A stretch of DNA of 64,000 bases from Minisyncoccota bacterium (GTDB lineage: Bacteria; Patescibacteriota; Minisyncoccia; Phycocordibacterales; CSBR16-119), in assembly GCA_041389065.1 (NCBI GenBank), contig JAWKSM010000002.1:65556-129555 (forward strand), read 5' to 3'. The translations under genes and the position numbers were made by a program. The notes beneath the pieces are model-generated. The model was not told the origin of the DNA and did no database searches. It saw only the letters and a program-made list of their open reading frames with translations. Positions 37,751 to 46,043 of the stretch are shown here, one piece after another (the stretch's first letter is position 1; each line of letters opens with the position of its first letter).

Positions 37751-38206
37751 CTATCTCTCTGAGATCTCTTTTAGTTTTTTCAAAGCATCTGGCCACATTC
37801 TTTCAAACTCTCCCGCCAACTCATCTGTAACATTCAAATCAATCACGAGTTCTGTCTTTCCATCTTTTTCATTGAACGTGTAATTTTCAAAAGAAGAATC
37901 CGCCCAAGTTTTTGCCATTTCACTTTCAGTATCTTCTATTCCATTTTGCACAAAACCAATATGCTTGAGTGAGATAAATTCATAAGGTTTGTTTTCTGAA
38001 ACCATACTCACCATACCACCCTCTTCCCCGGTTCTTGGATCTGGCCCAAGAAAAAGTATTTTTGAACCCGCACTCCAATCACCCTTGTAATATGACCCAG
38101 GACTAAAAACAGAAGTCCACTCGCGATAAGTCGCATCTTCGAGCATTGTATCCCAAACCTTTTCCTTTGAAGCTTCTATATTGATTTTAAATTGAAGTTT
38201 TTTCAT
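37751..38206 (-). CDS. SRPBCC/AHSA1 (START-like) domain protein
   Basis: 151 aa. It contains INIEASKEKVWDTMLEDATYREWTSVF...KHIGFV, typical of the Aha1/BPI-like SRPBCC family. Confidence 0.7.
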   Translation of the reverse strand: MKKLQFKINIEASKEKVWDTMLEDATYREWTSVFSPGSYYKGDWSAGSKILFLGPDPRTGEEGGMVSMVSENKPYEFISLKHIGFVQNGIEDTESEMAKTWADSSFENYTFNEKDGKTELVIDLNVTDELAGEFERMWPDALKKLKEISER

Positions 38207-38230
38207 GGGTTTATTTTAGCATAATAAATT

Positions 38231-38440
38231 GAAGAGAAAATAAAGTCAGAAGTTGAAAGAATCAAACGATTCAATCAGTCGGTTTTGAACACTAAACAAC
38301 AGATACAAATAAAAGACGTGGATATCAGAGACTACGCCAAATTTATTTTGAAAGATGGATCAATCGAAGAGAAACGAGAACTGCTTACTTGTTTTAAGAG
38401 CAAGATTTTACTTAAAGAAAAGCAAATCTACTTGCCTTAA
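38231..38440 (+). pseudogene. 3' remnant of a large serine recombinase gene
   Basis: A 69-codon open frame with no start codon, directly preceded by TAA TAA. It reads ...IRDYAKFILKDGSIEEKRELLTCFKSKILLKEKQIYLP. This resembles the C-terminal tail of large serine recombinases (from memory, not searched). Confidence 0.45.
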
Positions 38441-38838
38441 GAAAAACTGATCGAGAAGTTATACATTCCCATACCACAAACTCCTTGAAGTGGAACTCCA
38501 GATTTGGGCGTGCCTATATCAATAACTTCTTCTCCAGTTTGAGCTAGGACTTTCTGGTATCCAATAGATTTGATCACCAAGGATGATGAGCAATCATAGG
38601 TGCCGTTTGTTTTAACGACAAGCTTGGTAGGAATATCTGCTTTGGCAGAAGATATTTTTGGAGAATATCCACCCTTAGCATCAATCGTTATATATTGAAC
38701 ACCATCTCGTATCTCTACGTTTTGGGCTTGCTGTATTGAAGTGGTATCAGATATTTTTTGCTTTGATCCACCAACAAATATGATGCCGAGACCTACCACA
38801 AGGGCTAAAGTAATAATGATTGAAGCGGTTTTGTTCAT
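38437..38838 (-). CDS. cupredoxin-like domain protein (membrane-anchored)
   Basis: I prefer the ATG at 38838 (MNKTASIIITLALVVGLGIIF). The body reads YITIDAKGGYSPK...KTNGTYDCSSSLVI...GVCGMGMYNF, a pattern seen next to copA genes. Confidence 0.6.
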   Translation of the reverse strand: MNKTASIIITLALVVGLGIIFVGGSKQKISDTTSIQQAQNVEIRDGVQYITIDAKGGYSPKISSAKADIPTKLVVKTNGTYDCSSSLVIKSIGYQKVLAQTGEEVIDIGTPKSGVPLQGVCGMGMYNFSISFS

Positions 38839-38845
38839 AAAGTAA

Positions 38846-39853
38846 TTATATATTAAATAAAGGATTAATAATTCCGAGTCCTGCCAGACCTGCAAGCAGT
38901 GCAAATATTCCAAGACCTATTACCACGACTCCAGCAGATTTGAAGAACAATGGCGCATGTTTCCCATTAGCAAGTGATGCTCCTCCAAATGACAGGAGCA
39001 AAAGCATCGGGAGCGTACCAAGAGCAAACGCGAGCATAATAAGTAATCCTGAAATAAATGAACCGCTAGACAGTGCCACAACTTGCATCGACTGAGTAAA
39101 GCCGCAAGGCAAGAAGAATGTAGCAAATCCAATTATTAAAGGAGTTAGAGTCTTGTGTTCTATTTTGCGGAAGAAGTTAAAAATTCCTGAAGGTAATGCA
39201 ACCTTGTTCTTTTTGAACACTCCGACCAGATTAAGTCCCAATAGGAGCATTACTATTGACGCAACAATCCCTAGAATTGCAGTAAAAGTAAAACTGATTC
39301 CTATAGCACTCCCAACTAAGCCAAGCACCCCGCCAAGGAACGCAAAACTAACAAGTCTTCCGATGTGGAAAAGTATGAAAGTTTTTGTATCGCTTACGTT
39401 GTCTTGAGAGATTTTTGCTGAAAGTGATAGAACAAGTCCTCCAACCACAGCAAGACAACTTGATACAGATGCGATTAATCCAATAATGAAACTTGTGGCA
39501 GGCGTGGTTGTGCCACCGATACCAAGATTTAATAGCCCTGACTTTTGTAATACAAAGAAAAGTATTAAGAATACTAACCCTATAGGTAGTGCCTTCCAGA
39601 TAACATCATCTTTTTGTTTTTCTATTAAAACCCTTTCTACTGATACCGTATAGCCGTTTGGTTTTACCTTCTCAGTAAGTAAATCTGCCAATTCTTCTGG
39701 AGATTTCTCACTCACAGTTTCTATTCGTAAGGTTTGATTTTTTAAATCTACTTGTGCGCTACTAATATAATCTTGATCATTTAAAACATCTTCGATTAAG
39801 ATTTTGCATGATGCACAATGGGTACCCGATACGTGTAATGTGTATGCTTTCAT
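38846..39853 (-). CDS. HMA-domain fusion to a TauE/SafE (DsbD_2-like) membrane protein
   Basis: 335 aa. The N-terminal metal-binding motif is GTHCASC. The membrane domain carries SSCLAVVGG and FLPCGFT. Confidence 0.7.
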   Translation of the reverse strand: MKAYTLHVSGTHCASCKILIEDVLNDQDYISSAQVDLKNQTLRIETVSEKSPEELADLLTEKVKPNGYTVSVERVLIEKQKDDVIWKALPIGLVFLILFFVLQKSGLLNLGIGGTTTPATSFIIGLIASVSSCLAVVGGLVLSLSAKISQDNVSDTKTFILFHIGRLVSFAFLGGVLGLVGSAIGISFTFTAILGIVASIVMLLLGLNLVGVFKKNKVALPSGIFNFFRKIEHKTLTPLIIGFATFFLPCGFTQSMQVVALSSGSFISGLLIMLAFALGTLPMLLLLSFGGASLANGKHAPLFFKSAGVVVIGLGIFALLAGLAGLGIINPLFNI

Positions 39854-39855
39854 AA

Positions 39856-42150
39856 TTATAATTTCTTAGCTTTAATGCGAAGCGAATTCGACACTACGGA
39901 GACCGACGACATCGCCATAGCTAATCCAGCAAAGATAGGATTCAAAAGCCAACCGAAGATTGGATAGAAAGCACCTGCGGCAAGTGGTATACCGACAATG
40001 TTGTAGACGAATGCCCAGAAAAGATTTTGCTTGATTCCTCGCATAGTGATTTTGGAAAGCTTGATAGCTTTTACAAGCTTTGAAATATCACCGCCAAGAA
40101 GTGTGATGCCTGCAGACTCGATCGCAACATCCGTACCCGTACCCATAGCAATCCCTACATCAGCCTGAGCAAGCGCAGGCGCATCGTTCACTCCATCACC
40201 AGCCATAGCAACAATACGACCTTGCGATTGAAGTTCTTTTATTTTTTCAAGCTTATCCTGCGGTAACACATGAGCTACAACATCATCGATACCGACTAGT
40301 GACCCGATATACTTTGCAGCTTTTTGATCATCTCCTGTAAGCATAACTACCTTTATGCCGAGAGCGTGAAGATTTTTAATAGCCTCGACTGACTCGGTCT
40401 TGATTTCATCTGCCACCATCACGAAACCAAGAACTTTTTCATTGGTGGCAAGAATGACTGGTGTTTTTCCTTGTGAAGTAAACTCATCTAACTTATTAGC
40501 GTCAAATGAAATCTTGAGATCACTCACAAGTTTTGCATTACCTACAAAATATTCAGTGTCTTTAATCTTTCCCTTAAGACCCTTTCCTTGTATTCCTTCA
40601 AAGTTTGAAACATCAGATATTGAGATATTTTTCTCTTGTGCGTAGTTTACGATTGCGTGTGCGATCGGATGCTCTGATTTTTTCTCAAGCGAAGCGAGGA
40701 TTGAAACAAGCTCATCATCTTTCAAGTTTGAGAAGTTTTGTATATCAACAAGCGTCGGCTTTCCCTTGGTGATTGTTCCTGTTTTATCAACGACGATAGT
40801 GTTTACCTTATGAAGCTTTTCGAGAGTAGCCGCATCTTTGATGAGGATACCTTCCTTAGCACCTTTGCCGACTCCCACAATGATTGCGGTTGGAGTAGCA
40901 AGTCCGAGTGCACACGGACAGGCGATCACTAGAATTCCTACAAAAGATACGAGACCAAATGAAAGTGCCTGAGAAAATCCGAGATATTGCGACCCGACAA
41001 TAAGCCATGTGCCGAGACTAAGGAATGCAATTACAAGAACTATGGGCACAAAAATTGCTGATATTTTGTCTGCCAGTGCCTGTATGGGAGCCTTGCTTCC
41101 TTGTGCGTCCTCAACCATCTTTATGATCTGAGCCAAAAGAGTTTCTGATCCGACCTTTGTGGCTTTAAAAGTGAACGATCCGCTTGTATTTATTGTTCCC
41201 GATACGACATTGTCACCAATCTTTTTCTGGGCAGGCATCGGTTCCCCTGTAACCATCGATTCGTCAACAAAAGATGCCCCTTCAGTAATAACGCCATCAA
41301 CAGGAATCTTTGCACCTGGCTTAACAATAATGAAATCGCCATGCTTAACATCATTCACTGAAATCTCGATTTCCTTCCCATCACGAACAACAAGAGCGGT
41401 CTTCGCCTGAAGGTTGAGAAGCTTTTCGATGGCATCTCCTGTTTTAATTTTAGACCTTGCCTCAAGGTATTTACCAAGCGCAATAAAAGTAATGACTACA
41501 ATTGTTACATCGTAGTATTGATATTCGACGTTAATAAATGTCTTGAGAACATCCTCAAAAGCACTGACGGCGAAACTGTATAAAAAAGCGGCTACCGTAC
41601 CGATACCGATAAGCGTATCCATATTCGCTTTGCCGTATCGGAGAAATCTATAAAAACCAAGAAGGTATGGCTTACCTACGACAAAAAGGATATAAGTGGC
41701 AAATATCGGAAGGAGATGATGAAAGAATTCCTTGAGCGTATAACTCATTGCAGGAACGATGCTGTACTCAGCGAGAATATCCCAACCCATAACGAAAGCG
41801 GCAAAAACTGCCAGCGGAATTGCAGAGAGAACTTTCGTTCGCATATCACTAACCTCAGCAAGTTTTTCTTTCTTAGATTGGTTGAGCCCTAGATGTGCCG
41901 CATGTTCGCTTTCGGACATACCCATCTCGTTCGCTGTCTCGGGAACCTCAAGAGAATACCCGAGAGGTTCGATATGCTTAGAGAGGTCATGAGGACTGGT
42001 TTTTGAAGGATCAAAGGAAACCTTCGCCCTTTCTGTACCATAGTTCACTTCCGCAGAATGCACCCCCTCGACTTTCTTAAATGTTTTTTCAATAACAGAT
42101 GAGCATGAGGCACAATGCATTCCTTTTACGTTATATGTCTGTGTGTGCAT
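39856..42150 (-). CDS. copA: copper-translocating P1B-type ATPase
   Basis: 764 aa. The N-terminal HMA motif is GMHCASC. It also has TGEP, the CPC in [17 protein letters not shown], and [10 protein letters not shown]. Confidence 0.95.
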   Translation of the reverse strand: MHTQTYNVKGMHCASCSSVIEKTFKKVEGVHSAEVNYGTERAKVSFDPSKTSPHDLSKHIEPLGYSLEVPETANEMGMSESEHAAHLGLNQSKKEKLAEVSDMRTKVLSAIPLAVFAAFVMGWDILAEYSIVPAMSYTLKEFFHHLLPIFATYILFVVGKPYLLGFYRFLRYGKANMDTLIGIGTVAAFLYSFAVSAFEDVLKTFINVEYQYYDVTIVVITFIALGKYLEARSKIKTGDAIEKLLNLQAKTALVVRDGKEIEISVNDVKHGDFIIVKPGAKIPVDGVITEGASFVDESMVTGEPMPAQKKIGDNVVSGTINTSGSFTFKATKVGSETLLAQIIKMVEDAQGSKAPIQALADKISAIFVPIVLVIAFLSLGTWLIVGSQYLGFSQALSFGLVSFVGILVIACPCALGLATPTAIIVGVGKGAKEGILIKDAATLEKLHKVNTIVVDKTGTITKGKPTLVDIQNFSNLKDDELVSILASLEKKSEHPIAHAIVNYAQEKNISISDVSNFEGIQGKGLKGKIKDTEYFVGNAKLVSDLKISFDANKLDEFTSQGKTPVILATNEKVLGFVMVADEIKTESVEAIKNLHALGIKVVMLTGDDQKAAKYIGSLVGIDDVVAHVLPQDKLEKIKELQSQGRIVAMAGDGVNDAPALAQADVGIAMGTGTDVAIESAGITLLGGDISKLVKAIKLSKITMRGIKQNLFWAFVYNIVGIPLAAGAFYPIFGWLLNPIFAGLAMAMSSVSVVSNSLRIKAKKL

Positions 42151-42154
42151 AAAA

Positions 42155-42430
42155 TTATTTTCTCTTTAGCTTATAAACTTTTAAAATTTCCTGCTTTGCC
42201 TTTTCAGTCTGTCCAGCTTTCACCTGATTCAGGATGCATCCACCAAGATGATTTTCGAGCAGTAAGTCTTCCACATTGGAAAGTCCCTGCTTGACCGCAG
42301 AGGTTTGGGTGATCACGTCAATACAGTAGGTATCGCTTTCAATCATCTTTTGCAGGCCTCGAATCTGCCCCTCGATAAGCTTGAGGCGACGGATAATCTT
42401 TCCTTTACTTTTATCTTCCATATATTTCAT
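42155..42430 (-). CDS. csoR: CsoR-family copper-sensing repressor
   Basis: It contains [37 protein letters not shown]...HLGGC. The track ORF extends to 42484 across the promoter. ATG 42430 (MKYMEDK) lies 7 nt after the -10 box, and ATG 42421 is also possible. Confidence 0.85.
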   Translation of the reverse strand: MKYMEDKSKGKIIRRLKLIEGQIRGLQKMIESDTYCIDVITQTSAVKQGLSNVEDLLLENHLGGCILNQVKAGQTEKAKQEILKVYKLKRK

Positions 42431-42437
42431 ACTTAGC

Positions 42438-42467
42438 ATTATATACCCCCTAGGGGGTATAGTGCAA
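42438..42467 (-). promoter_or_regulatory. csoR-copA promoter with an embedded CsoR operator
   Basis: The perfect 20-bp palindrome TATACCCCCTAGGGGGTATA lies at 42442-42461. The -35 box TTGCAC is at 42462-42467 and the -10 box TATAAT is at 42438-42443 on the minus strand. The operator fills the spacer and overlaps the -10. Confidence 0.7.
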
Positions 42468-42677
42468 GTCAAACAAAAAACCACCTTCTCAGATGGCTTT
42501 CTGTTCTGGATACTGCTCTCAGCAGGTATGCAATGTGCGGAATAGTTACCTTTGATTTCTACCGAAACTTGAAGAGTCTAGGACACCCCCTTTGGAGGGT
42601 TCGTGCCCATGACTCGTTCTTAAAATGCTTTGGAAAATATAGCGATTTTAAGAGTCTCGATAGCTCTCACTTGGCTG

Positions 42678-42747
42678 CTGCCGGACTAGGACTCGAACCT
42701 AGATAGCTGGTACCAAAACCAGAGTCCTACCATTAGACGATCCGGCA
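42678..42747 (-). tRNA. tRNA-Gln-like (UUG expected), anticodon loop one nucleotide short as assembled
   Basis: The hand-folded acceptor is TGCCGGA/TCCGGCA, giving U1-A72, with discriminator G73. The D arm is GTCT-AATGGTA-GGAC and the T arm is CTAGG-TTCGAGT-CCTAG. The anticodon stem CTGGT/ACCAG encloses only 6 nt (TTTGGT). Confidence 0.7.
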
Positions 42748-42872
42748 AAATTAATTACTCTGTTTAAATCTCGCGGGTTTTAGAAAAATCTAGCACACCG
42801 GCAAGATCGTAAATATTAGTCGAAACTAATAACGGATATTATTGTGCCTTAAAATAGAGTAAAAATCAAGGA

Positions 42873-42895
42873 GAGCGCCGGCGAAGCCGGCGCTC
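42873..42895 (-). terminator. rho-independent terminator
   Basis: GAGCGCCGGC-GAA-GCCGGCGCTC. Confidence 0.7.
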
Positions 42896-42925
42896 AAAAT
42901 TTTCTCGTTCTGCCGCCACAGAACA

Positions 42926-43196
42926 CTAATCGACATCCATGAAGTGAAAGCCTGTAGAGGCAATCTCCTCCTTTGTCATCAGTATGGGTTCACCTCCCCC
43001 ACCCAGATCTTGGAGGTGCAACGACAAGACTCCGTTTTCGTTCTGAAAATAGAGAATGTGGTTCGGAAACACATTTTATTTCATCCTTTACAACAGAGAC
43101 GTTGTACTTACCCGGATCTAGGGAGTGGCCACTCTTTTCTCCTTCTCCCTCAAGAACTACTTCCGACTCCTTTAAACCAAGCTTGTAGATACTCAT
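42926..43196 (-). CDS. small hypothetical protein on a GC-rich patch, probably one frameshift
   Basis: The track ORF 42990..43196 begins MSIYKLGLKESEVVLEGEGEK.... The next frame continues ENENGVLSLHLQDLGGGGEPILMTKEEIASTGFHFMDVD to a TAG at 42926. The total length of 271 nt is not a multiple of 3. Confidence 0.35.
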
Positions 43197-43269
43197 GGTC
43201 TTTGGGTTTTGGGTTTTGGATTCTTAGATATTTCTATCACAAAAAGTCTGAAAATAAAAATCTATGAAT

Positions 43270-44298
43270 TTAAGAAACGAGTTTTGTTAGCGCTATTTCA
43301 AGCGGAAGAGTTTTTACAAAAGAATGTTTTATTTGTCTTTCTGCTTCAAGCAATACTTCTAAAGTTTTTGAAGTTATCGCACCTTTCGTATCTTTTAAAA
43401 CTTCTTTAAAGAAATCTTTGTCTGAATCGATAATTTCATTTTCCAATTCTTTTTTCATTTCTGGTGCGTATCGCATCAAAAGAGCATGACGAAGTTTTAT
43501 TAAAATAAGTTTTAGATAAATTTCAATATCGATATTTTTTTCTTCAGCTTTTTTTATCGCAGAAAATCCTTTTGAAACGTCGCTTTCGACAACCGACAAA
43601 ATAAAATCATTTACAAGTTCGCTACTTGGTGCGCCAGTCACCATTTCAACCTCTTTCGCAGTCAAAACTTTATCTTTTGAAAACGAAATAACTTTTTGAA
43701 GAGTACTTTGTGTATCTCGAAAAGATCCATCGCCCAAAAGAGCGATTATTTCTGCTGAAGCGTTGTCTATCTTCACACCTTCTTTTTTCGCAACTGATAA
43801 AACCAAATCTTTTAAAGTAGATATTGTTGGTTTTTTAAATGTGAAAAGCTGACAACGAGAAACTATTGTATCCGGAACTTTTTCAAGCTCTGTTGTCGCG
43901 AGAATAAATATCACGTGAGCTGGCGGCTCTTCCAAAGTTTTCAAAAGCGCGTTAAATGCTTCTTTTGTAAGCATGTGAACTTCATCGATTATATAAACTT
44001 TGTACTTTGAATCGAAAGGAAGAGTTCTGACAGAATCTCGAACTTCACGAATATCTTCTATTTTTCTGTTCGACGCTGCGTCGATTTCATAAATATCGTG
44101 GTCTTTTGTTTTTAGTTCATTTGCAACTATTCTGGCGATGGAAGTCTTCCCTGTTCCGCGCGGACCATAAAAAAGATATGCGTGAGAAACATTTCCAAGT
44201 TTTAGAGCACCCTTTAAAACTTTTACAATATGTTCTTGACCTAAAACATCGTCGAAGTCTTTTGGTCTATATTTTCTATACAAAGCTAATTCTGACAT
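43270..44298 (-). CDS. dnaX: DNA polymerase III subunit gamma/tau (short form)
   Basis: 342 aa. It contains LYRKYRPKDFDDVLGQEHI...GPRGTGKTS...IIDEVHML...VSRCQ. Confidence 0.9.
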   Translation of the reverse strand: MSELALYRKYRPKDFDDVLGQEHIVKVLKGALKLGNVSHAYLFYGPRGTGKTSIARIVANELKTKDHDIYEIDAASNRKIEDIREVRDSVRTLPFDSKYKVYIIDEVHMLTKEAFNALLKTLEEPPAHVIFILATTELEKVPDTIVSRCQLFTFKKPTISTLKDLVLSVAKKEGVKIDNASAEIIALLGDGSFRDTQSTLQKVISFSKDKVLTAKEVEMVTGAPSSELVNDFILSVVESDVSKGFSAIKKAEEKNIDIEIYLKLILIKLRHALLMRYAPEMKKELENEIIDSDKDFFKEVLKDTKGAITSKTLEVLLEAERQIKHSFVKTLPLEIALTKLVS

Positions 44299-44341
44299 AG
44301 GTGTATTAAATCAGAAGCGAAAAAGCTTCAAAATATAGAAC

Positions 44342-44372
44342 AATGGCCCGCCGGCTTCGCCGGCGGGCCATT
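44342..44372 (-). terminator. rho-independent terminator
   Basis: GGCCCGCCGGC-TTC-GCCGGCGGGCC with AAT/ATT extensions. Confidence 0.75.
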
Positions 44373-44375
44373 GTT

Positions 44376-45326
44376 CTATTCATTATTATCTACCTTTTTC
44401 TTTTTCTTTTTCTTTGATTTCGCTTTTTCTTTTTCTTTGATTTTTTTATCAACCTTTTTAACAGCTGCTTCTATAATTTTTTCTGCAATATTAACACCTG
44501 TTGCTCTTTCAATTCCTTGAAGCCCGGGAGAAGAATTAACTTCAATTATAAGCGGACCACGAGAAGATATGAGCATGTCCACGCCAGCGACCATCAAACC
44601 GTGAAGTCTTGCCGCTTCCACTGCCACAGCTTTTTCTTTTGTAGAAAGTTCGATTGGTCTAGCCGATCCACCCTTGTGAAGATTTGAACGAAATTCCCCT
44701 TCTTGTCCGCTTCGCTCCATTGCGCCGACAACCTCTCCATCAACAACAAAAGCTCTAATATCTTTTCCTCCCGCTTCTTCAATAAATTCCTGAACAATAA
44801 TATCTTTTTTAATTCCTGAAAAAGCTTCAACGGCAGATTTTGCAGACGAAACTGAATCTGCTTTTATAACTCCTGTTCCGTGGGTTCCTTCTAGGAGTTT
44901 TAAGATAACAGGAGTTCCACCAGCTTCAGCGATCATTGTTTTAACATCGTCGGCTTTTGGATGACGAGCAAAAACAGATTTTGGAATCCCGACACCAGAC
45001 TTTGAAAGAATTTGAAGTGAACGAAGTTTGTCTCGAGAACGGATAAGCGCAGTCGAGGTCAAAGTCGATGGAACGCCCATCAAATCAAACTGCCTGATAA
45101 CAGCAGCACCGTAAACAGTCACAGAAGCACCGATTCTTGGAATAATAATATCAACATCTTTTATATATTCTGATCCGACCCTGATAGCTGGTTTTGCTTT
45201 TTCCATAATCAAATTACATTTTGTGTGATCGATTATTGAAACTTCGTGACCCAAGTTTTTTGCAGATTCAAGCAAACGCTTTGTCGAATAAAGATCTGGC
45301 TTTCTTGAAAGAATAACTATACGCAT
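44376..45326 (-). CDS. rimK: RimK-family ATP-grasp alpha-L-glutamate ligase
   Basis: 316 aa. It contains MRIVILS...SLQILSKSGVGIPKS...VILKLLEGTHGTGV...IRAFVVDGEVVGAMER...NLHKGG...EVNSSPGL. The C-terminal tail is lysine-rich (KSKKKKKKK). Confidence 0.9.
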   Translation of the reverse strand: MRIVILSRKPDLYSTKRLLESAKNLGHEVSIIDHTKCNLIMEKAKPAIRVGSEYIKDVDIIIPRIGASVTVYGAAVIRQFDLMGVPSTLTSTALIRSRDKLRSLQILSKSGVGIPKSVFARHPKADDVKTMIAEAGGTPVILKLLEGTHGTGVIKADSVSSAKSAVEAFSGIKKDIIVQEFIEEAGGKDIRAFVVDGEVVGAMERSGQEGEFRSNLHKGGSARPIELSTKEKAVAVEAARLHGLMVAGVDMLISSRGPLIIEVNSSPGLQGIERATGVNIAEKIIEAAVKKVDKKIKEKEKAKSKKKKKKKVDNNE

Positions 45327-45330
45327 AAAT

Positions 45331-45711
45331 TTATTTTGTGAATTTTTTATTTACGTCAACAATAAAATGTTTTTTAATAATTTTTCTTCCAATCAAAACT
45401 GGATGTTTTAATTTTTTTCTATTACTTAAACTAAGTTTAACTTTTATCTCCTCGCCCGCCAATACTATTTTTGTCGGCACCACATAGCGAAGTTCGGAAT
45501 CACCATTTGAGTTTTTTACTTTTCTCTTTTCAAAATTATCTACTTGATACGACTCTTCTGTGAACTCAGGATGACTGTCGTCTAGCAAACTAAATTCAAT
45601 AACCTTTTTACTGTCGATTTCTTTTTCTATAACGCTTGTTGTATGTATCGCACCGTTATATGCCCCTGTGTCTATTTTGGCAACAATATTTGAAAGACCA
45701 AATTCTGGCAA
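45331..45711 (-). CDS. RimB-like retropepsin/ATP-dependent zinc protease family protein
   Basis: It contains AKIDTGAYNGAIH...VPTKIVLAGEEI. The track uses a TTG start. An upstream ATG (45759, MSENTKK) would join in frame if the A6 run at about 45731-45736 were A7. Confidence 0.65.
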   Translation of the reverse strand: MPEFGLSNIVAKIDTGAYNGAIHTTSVIEKEIDSKKVIEFSLLDDSHPEFTEESYQVDNFEKRKVKNSNGDSELRYVVPTKIVLAGEEIKVKLSLSNRKKLKHPVLIGRKIIKKHFIVDVNKKFTK

Positions 45712-45804
45712 ATCTATATACTCAAGTCTCCCAATAATTTTTTCGTATTTTCTGACATAATTAAATTATACACAAGAATCTACCTATTTGAATATTAAAA
45801 AAAA

Positions 45805-45838
45805 AAAAGTCGCCCGCGGCACGGCCCGCGACTTTTTT
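45805..45838. terminator. bidirectional terminator
   Basis: GTCGC...GCGAC with an inner CCG/CGG stem, flanked by A12 and T6 runs. Confidence 0.55.
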
Positions 45839-45850
45839 ATGTAAACAATA

Positions 45851-45967
45851 TTACATTGCTGGAGTTTCTTCTGCTGGCGATGCTGGTGCATCTGTAGCCG
45901 GAGTTTCTGTAACTGGAGCCATTTCATCTTTCTTTTCTTCTGGCATTGTGTTGTCGTTAGTATCCAT
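45851..45967 (-). CDS. small acidic Pro/Thr/Glu-rich peptide (38 aa)
   Basis: Hand-translated: MDTNDNTMPEEKKDEMAPVTETPATDAPASPAEETPAM. It is GC-richer than the flanks and a terminator lies downstream. Confidence 0.3.
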   Translation of the reverse strand: MDTNDNTMPEEKKDEMAPVTETPATDAPASPAEETPAM

Positions 45968-46043
45968 AATTATTTTGATTAACTGATAATTATGCAATCC
46001 GAAGACCACATAAAATTATCTTATCATAATTTTCTAGCAAAAA

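Larger units (their letters stand above)
38231..42747. mobile_element. copper-resistance genomic island next to tRNA-Gln (recombinase decayed)
   Basis: The island is bounded by the 3' end of tRNA-Gln (42678) and a start-less recombinase C-terminal stub (38231-38440). Its cargo is csoR-copA-HMA/TauE-cupredoxin. It is visibly GC-richer than the flanks: line 40141-40200 has 34/60 G+C. Confidence 0.55.

Noticed and set aside
42480-42677. About 200 nt between csoR and tRNA-Gln with several short hairpins, considered as a small RNA or a degenerate tRNA/att site
   Set aside because: I could not fold a tRNA-like cloverleaf, find a repeat of the tRNA-Gln 3' end, or identify promoter/terminator pairs. 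It is left unannotated.
22737-42747. Programmed +1 frameshifting served by the odd-loop tRNA-Gln
   Set aside because: The lesions go in both directions (+1 and -1) and occur at unrelated sequence contexts. They cluster in two zones and follow homopolymers. The tRNA anomaly is itself a homopolymer-length change, so a common technical cause is more economical.
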